NCBI GenBank assembly: GCA_002269645.1
Contig: NIVC01001610.1
Location: 124,001 to 188,000 of the forward strand
Source: Macrostomum lignano
Taxonomy: Eukaryota
DNA: 64,000 bases
Reading direction: 5' to 3'
The notes beneath the pieces are model-generated. The model saw nothing but the letters and a program-made list of their open reading frames with translations. It searched no databases and was not told where the DNA came from. Below are positions 60,908 to 64,000 of this stretch, piece after piece; positions within the stretch are counted from its first letter, which is position 1, and the number at the start of each line of letters is the position of its first letter. A program made the position numbers and the translations under genes.

Positions 60908-61433
60908 AAGATGGCTAGGTAAAGGTCTGCTTGGATGCGTACATAAAAATCATTTCAAAATGCTGCACATTGCGTCGCCTGTAGGAGCTCGGCATCAACG
61001 TGTCACAAAGCAACCGCGAGGTCGTGGAGCACAGCGACATCCTGGTGCTGTCGGTGAAGCCGCAGGTGATGGACTCGGTGCTGGCTGAGATGTCAGACCT
61101 GGTCGACCCCTTCAAGCTGGTGGTGTCCGTGGCCGCAGGCGTCACCCTGGACCACCTGCAGAGCCGTCTGCTGCCAGACAGCCGGGTGATCCGGCTGATG
61201 CCGAACACGCCGATTCTGGTTAACGCTGGCGCTTCCGTTTATTGCGTTGGTAAGGCAGCGAAGCCGGAGGACGGGCCGCTGATTGAGGCGCTGTTCAAAT
61301 CTGTTGGCACCTGCGACTACCTGCCTGAGAACCTGATGGACGCTGCTACAGGTCTGAGCGGGTCCGGTCCAGCGTTCATCCTTGAAGCAATCGACGCCAT
61401 GAGCAACGCTGGCGTTAATCTGGGCCTGCCTCA
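60352..61433 (+). CDS. PYCR: Pyrroline-5-carboxylate reductase, copy b (exons 1-3; last exon beyond the window)
   Basis: Exons 60352-60418, 60511-60578 (GAG acceptor), 60985-61433; same exon lengths and phases as copy a. Confidence 0.92.
60610..60910. repeat. (GATA)n microsatellite in PYCR-b intron 2
   Basis: Direct observation. Confidence 0.98.
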
Positions 61434-61894
61434 GTAAGTACCCAGATTCCAATGACATACTCGTAGTTGTTGGGGAAAGGGATTCAACTGAAATCGCTAA
61501 CTGGAACTCTAGTGACTGGAAATCACGCGAGCTGGGCCATAGACATCAAAGCAGTGAGAGAAGAGCTAGTACGCTCCTATAGCATTTTACCCAATTGAGC
61601 CTAGCAGCAAGCAATTTAATCCTTAGTGGGAAAATCAAGCTATTGAGGACTTGCTTTTCATTGTCTATGACCCGAAAGGGGGGTCTATGGAGCAACCAAT
61701 TTGAGAATTTTTGAATATGTGACGTGAAAGAAAATTGACTTTTCTAAGATGGTCTCTCTAGAGACGCTCTGATGCTCCGGAGGGTGTAACGAGTGCTCCG
61801 CTAACAGCTGCTGCTTGCCATATGACTTTACCTGTGCAGGATGATGGTAAATTGACCATCTGGAAGGCCTCGTGCCTCGGAATTTGAAATTTGG

Positions 61895-63980
61895 CTATCT
61901 GGAAAGCATGAGCTCCAGAAGCTGTTAGCCATATAGGGCTATCTGGAAAGCATGATCCCCAGAAGCTGTTAGCCATAAAGGGCTATCTGGAAAGCATGAT
62001 CCCCAGAAGCTGCTAGCCATAAAGGGCTATCTGGAAAGCATGATCCCCAGAAGCTGTTAGCCATAAAGGGCTATCTGGAAAGCATGATCCCCAGAAGCTG
62101 TTAGCCATAAAGGGCTATCTGGAAAGCATGAGCTCCAGAAGCTGTTAGCCATAAAGGGCTATCTGGAAAGCATGATCCCCAGAAGCTGTTAGCCATAAAG
62201 GGCTATCTGGAAAGCATGATCCCCAGAAGCTGCTAGCCATAAAGGGCTATCTGGAAAGCATGATCCCCAGAAGCTGTTAGCCATAAAGGGCTATCTGGAA
62301 AGCATGATCCCCAGAAGCTGTTAGCCATAAAGGGCTATCTGGAAAGCATGAGCTCCAGAAGCTGTTAGCCATAAAGGGCTATCTGGAGAGCATGAGCTCC
62401 AGAAGCTGTTAGCCATAAAGGGCTATCTGGAAAGCATGAACTCCAGAAGCTGTTAGCCATAAAGGGCTATCTGGAAAGCATGAACTCCAGAAGCTGTTAG
62501 CCATAAAGGGCTATCTGGAAAGCATGATCCCCAGAAGCTGTTAGCCATAAAGGGCTATCTGGAAAGCATGAACTCCAGAAGCTGTTAGCCATAAAGGGCT
62601 ATCTGGAAAGCATGATCCCCAGAAGCTGCTAGCCATAAAGGGCTATCTGGAAAGCATGATCCCCAGAAGCTGCTAGCCATAAAGGGCTATCTGGAAAGCA
62701 TGATCCCCAGAAGCTGCTAGCCATAAAGGGCTATCTGGAAAGCATGAACTCCAGAAGCTGTTAGCCATAAAGGGCTATCTGGAAAGCATGATCCCCAGAA
62801 GCTGTTAGCCATAAAGGGCTATCTGGAAAGCATGAACTCCAGAAGCTGTTAGCCATAAAGGGCTATCTGGAAAGCATGATCCCCAGAAGCTGTTAGCCAT
62901 AAAGGGCTATCTGGAAAGCATGAGCTCCAGAAGCTGTTAGCCATAAAGGGCTATCTGGAAAGCATGAGCTCCAGAAGCTGTTAGCCATAAAGGGCTATCT
63001 GGAAAGCATGATCCCCAGAAGCTGCTAGCCATAAAGGGCTATCTGGAAAGCATGATCCCCAGAAGCTGCTAGCCATAAAGGGCTATCTGGAAAGCATGAG
63101 CTCCAGAAGCTGTTAGCCATAAAGGGCTATCTGGAAAGCATGATCCCCAGAAGCTGCTAGCCATAAAGGGCTATCTGGAAAGCATGATCCCCAGAAGCTG
63201 TTAGCCATAAAGGGCTATCTGGAAAGCATGATCCCCAGAAGCTGCTAGCCATAAAGGGCTATCTGGAAAGCATGATCCCCAGAAGCTGCTAGCCATAAAG
63301 GGCTATCTGGAAAGCATGAGCTCCAGAAGCTGTTAGCCATAAAGGGCTATCTGGAAAGCATGATCCCCAGAAGCTGTTAGCCATAAAGGGCTATCTGGAA
63401 AGCATGATCCCCAGAAGCTGCTAGCCATAAAGGGCTATCTGGAAAGCATGATCCCCAGAAGCTGCTAGCCATAAAGGGCTATCTGGAAAGCATGAGCTCC
63501 AGAAGCTGTTAGCCATAAAGGGCTATCTGGAAAGCATGAGCTCCAGAAGCTGTTAGCCATAAAGGGCTATCTGGAGAACATGAGCTCCAGAAGCTGTTAG
63601 TCATAAAGGGCTATCTGGAAAGCATGAGCTCCAGAAGCTGTTAGCCATAAAGGGCTATCTGGAGAACATGAGCCCCAGAAGCTGTTAGCCATATAGTGCT
63701 ATCTGGAGAGCATGAGCCCCAGAAGCTGTTAGCCATAAAGGGCTATCTGGAGAGCATGATCCCCAGAAGCTGTTAGCCATAAAGGGCTATCTGGAAAGTA
63801 TGAGCTCCAGAAGCTGTTAGCCATAAAGGGCTATCTGGAGAACATGAGCTCCAGAAGCTGTTAGCCATAAAGGGCTATCTGGAGAACATGAGCCCCAGAA
63901 GCTGTTAGCCATAAAGGGCTATCTGGAGAGCATGATCCCCAGAAGCTGTTAGCCATAAAGGGCTATCTGGAAAGTATGAG
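61895..63980. repeat. 44-bp minisatellite in PYCR-b intron 3
   Basis: Unit agaagctgttagccataaagggctatctggaaagcatgatcccc. Confidence 0.98.
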
Positions 63981-64000
63981 CCAAACCCCACTTGGGGTGA

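Noticed and set aside
61895-63980. CRISPR-like regular arrays (also 42800-44170, 38215-39010)
   Set aside because: Head-to-tail repeats with no unique spacers or cas genes, in a eukaryotic intron context

Overview
Eukaryotic, intron-rich animal genomic DNA. The GC-rich exons and the minisatellite-filled introns are most consistent with a free-living flatworm such as Macrostomum; this is an inference, not shown by the sequence. Genes reconstructed by splicing exons by eye: the C-terminal exon of an ACK1/TNK2-like gene (+); a 4-exon Not/NOTO homeobox gene (+); a complete 10-exon PLP-dependent aromatic amino-acid decarboxylase (-); a degenerate Tob/BTG gene (+); a 4-exon Lin28 (+); HYPK (-); INSIG (-); and two tandem pyrroline-5-carboxylate reductase genes (+, the second incomplete). 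Mobile DNA: a young, internally deleted Gypsy LTR element (identical 165-bp LTRs, 4-bp TSD, tRNA-Leu PBS); an internally deleted R1/LOA-like LINE with a 13-bp TSD; two copies of a CORE-like tRNA-SINE; and a second tRNA-SINE family. About 30 tandem arrays generate most of the long ORFs in the supplied track, and those ORFs are artefacts. Most interesting signals: a decarboxylase with a mosaic DDC/HDC active site and an unusual NPGK motif; four clustered let-7 sites downstream of Lin28; a HYPK exon with no usable ATG that could take its start codon from a flatworm spliced leader; a sharply bounded CpG desert around a CpG island between divergent INSIG and PYCR; a possible kinase-less myristoylated ACK; a Tob lacking its CAF1/PABP modules; a palindromic bidirectional poly(A) signal; and a gene-conversion tract between the PYCR paralogs. 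No prokaryotic features or CRISPR arrays were found.
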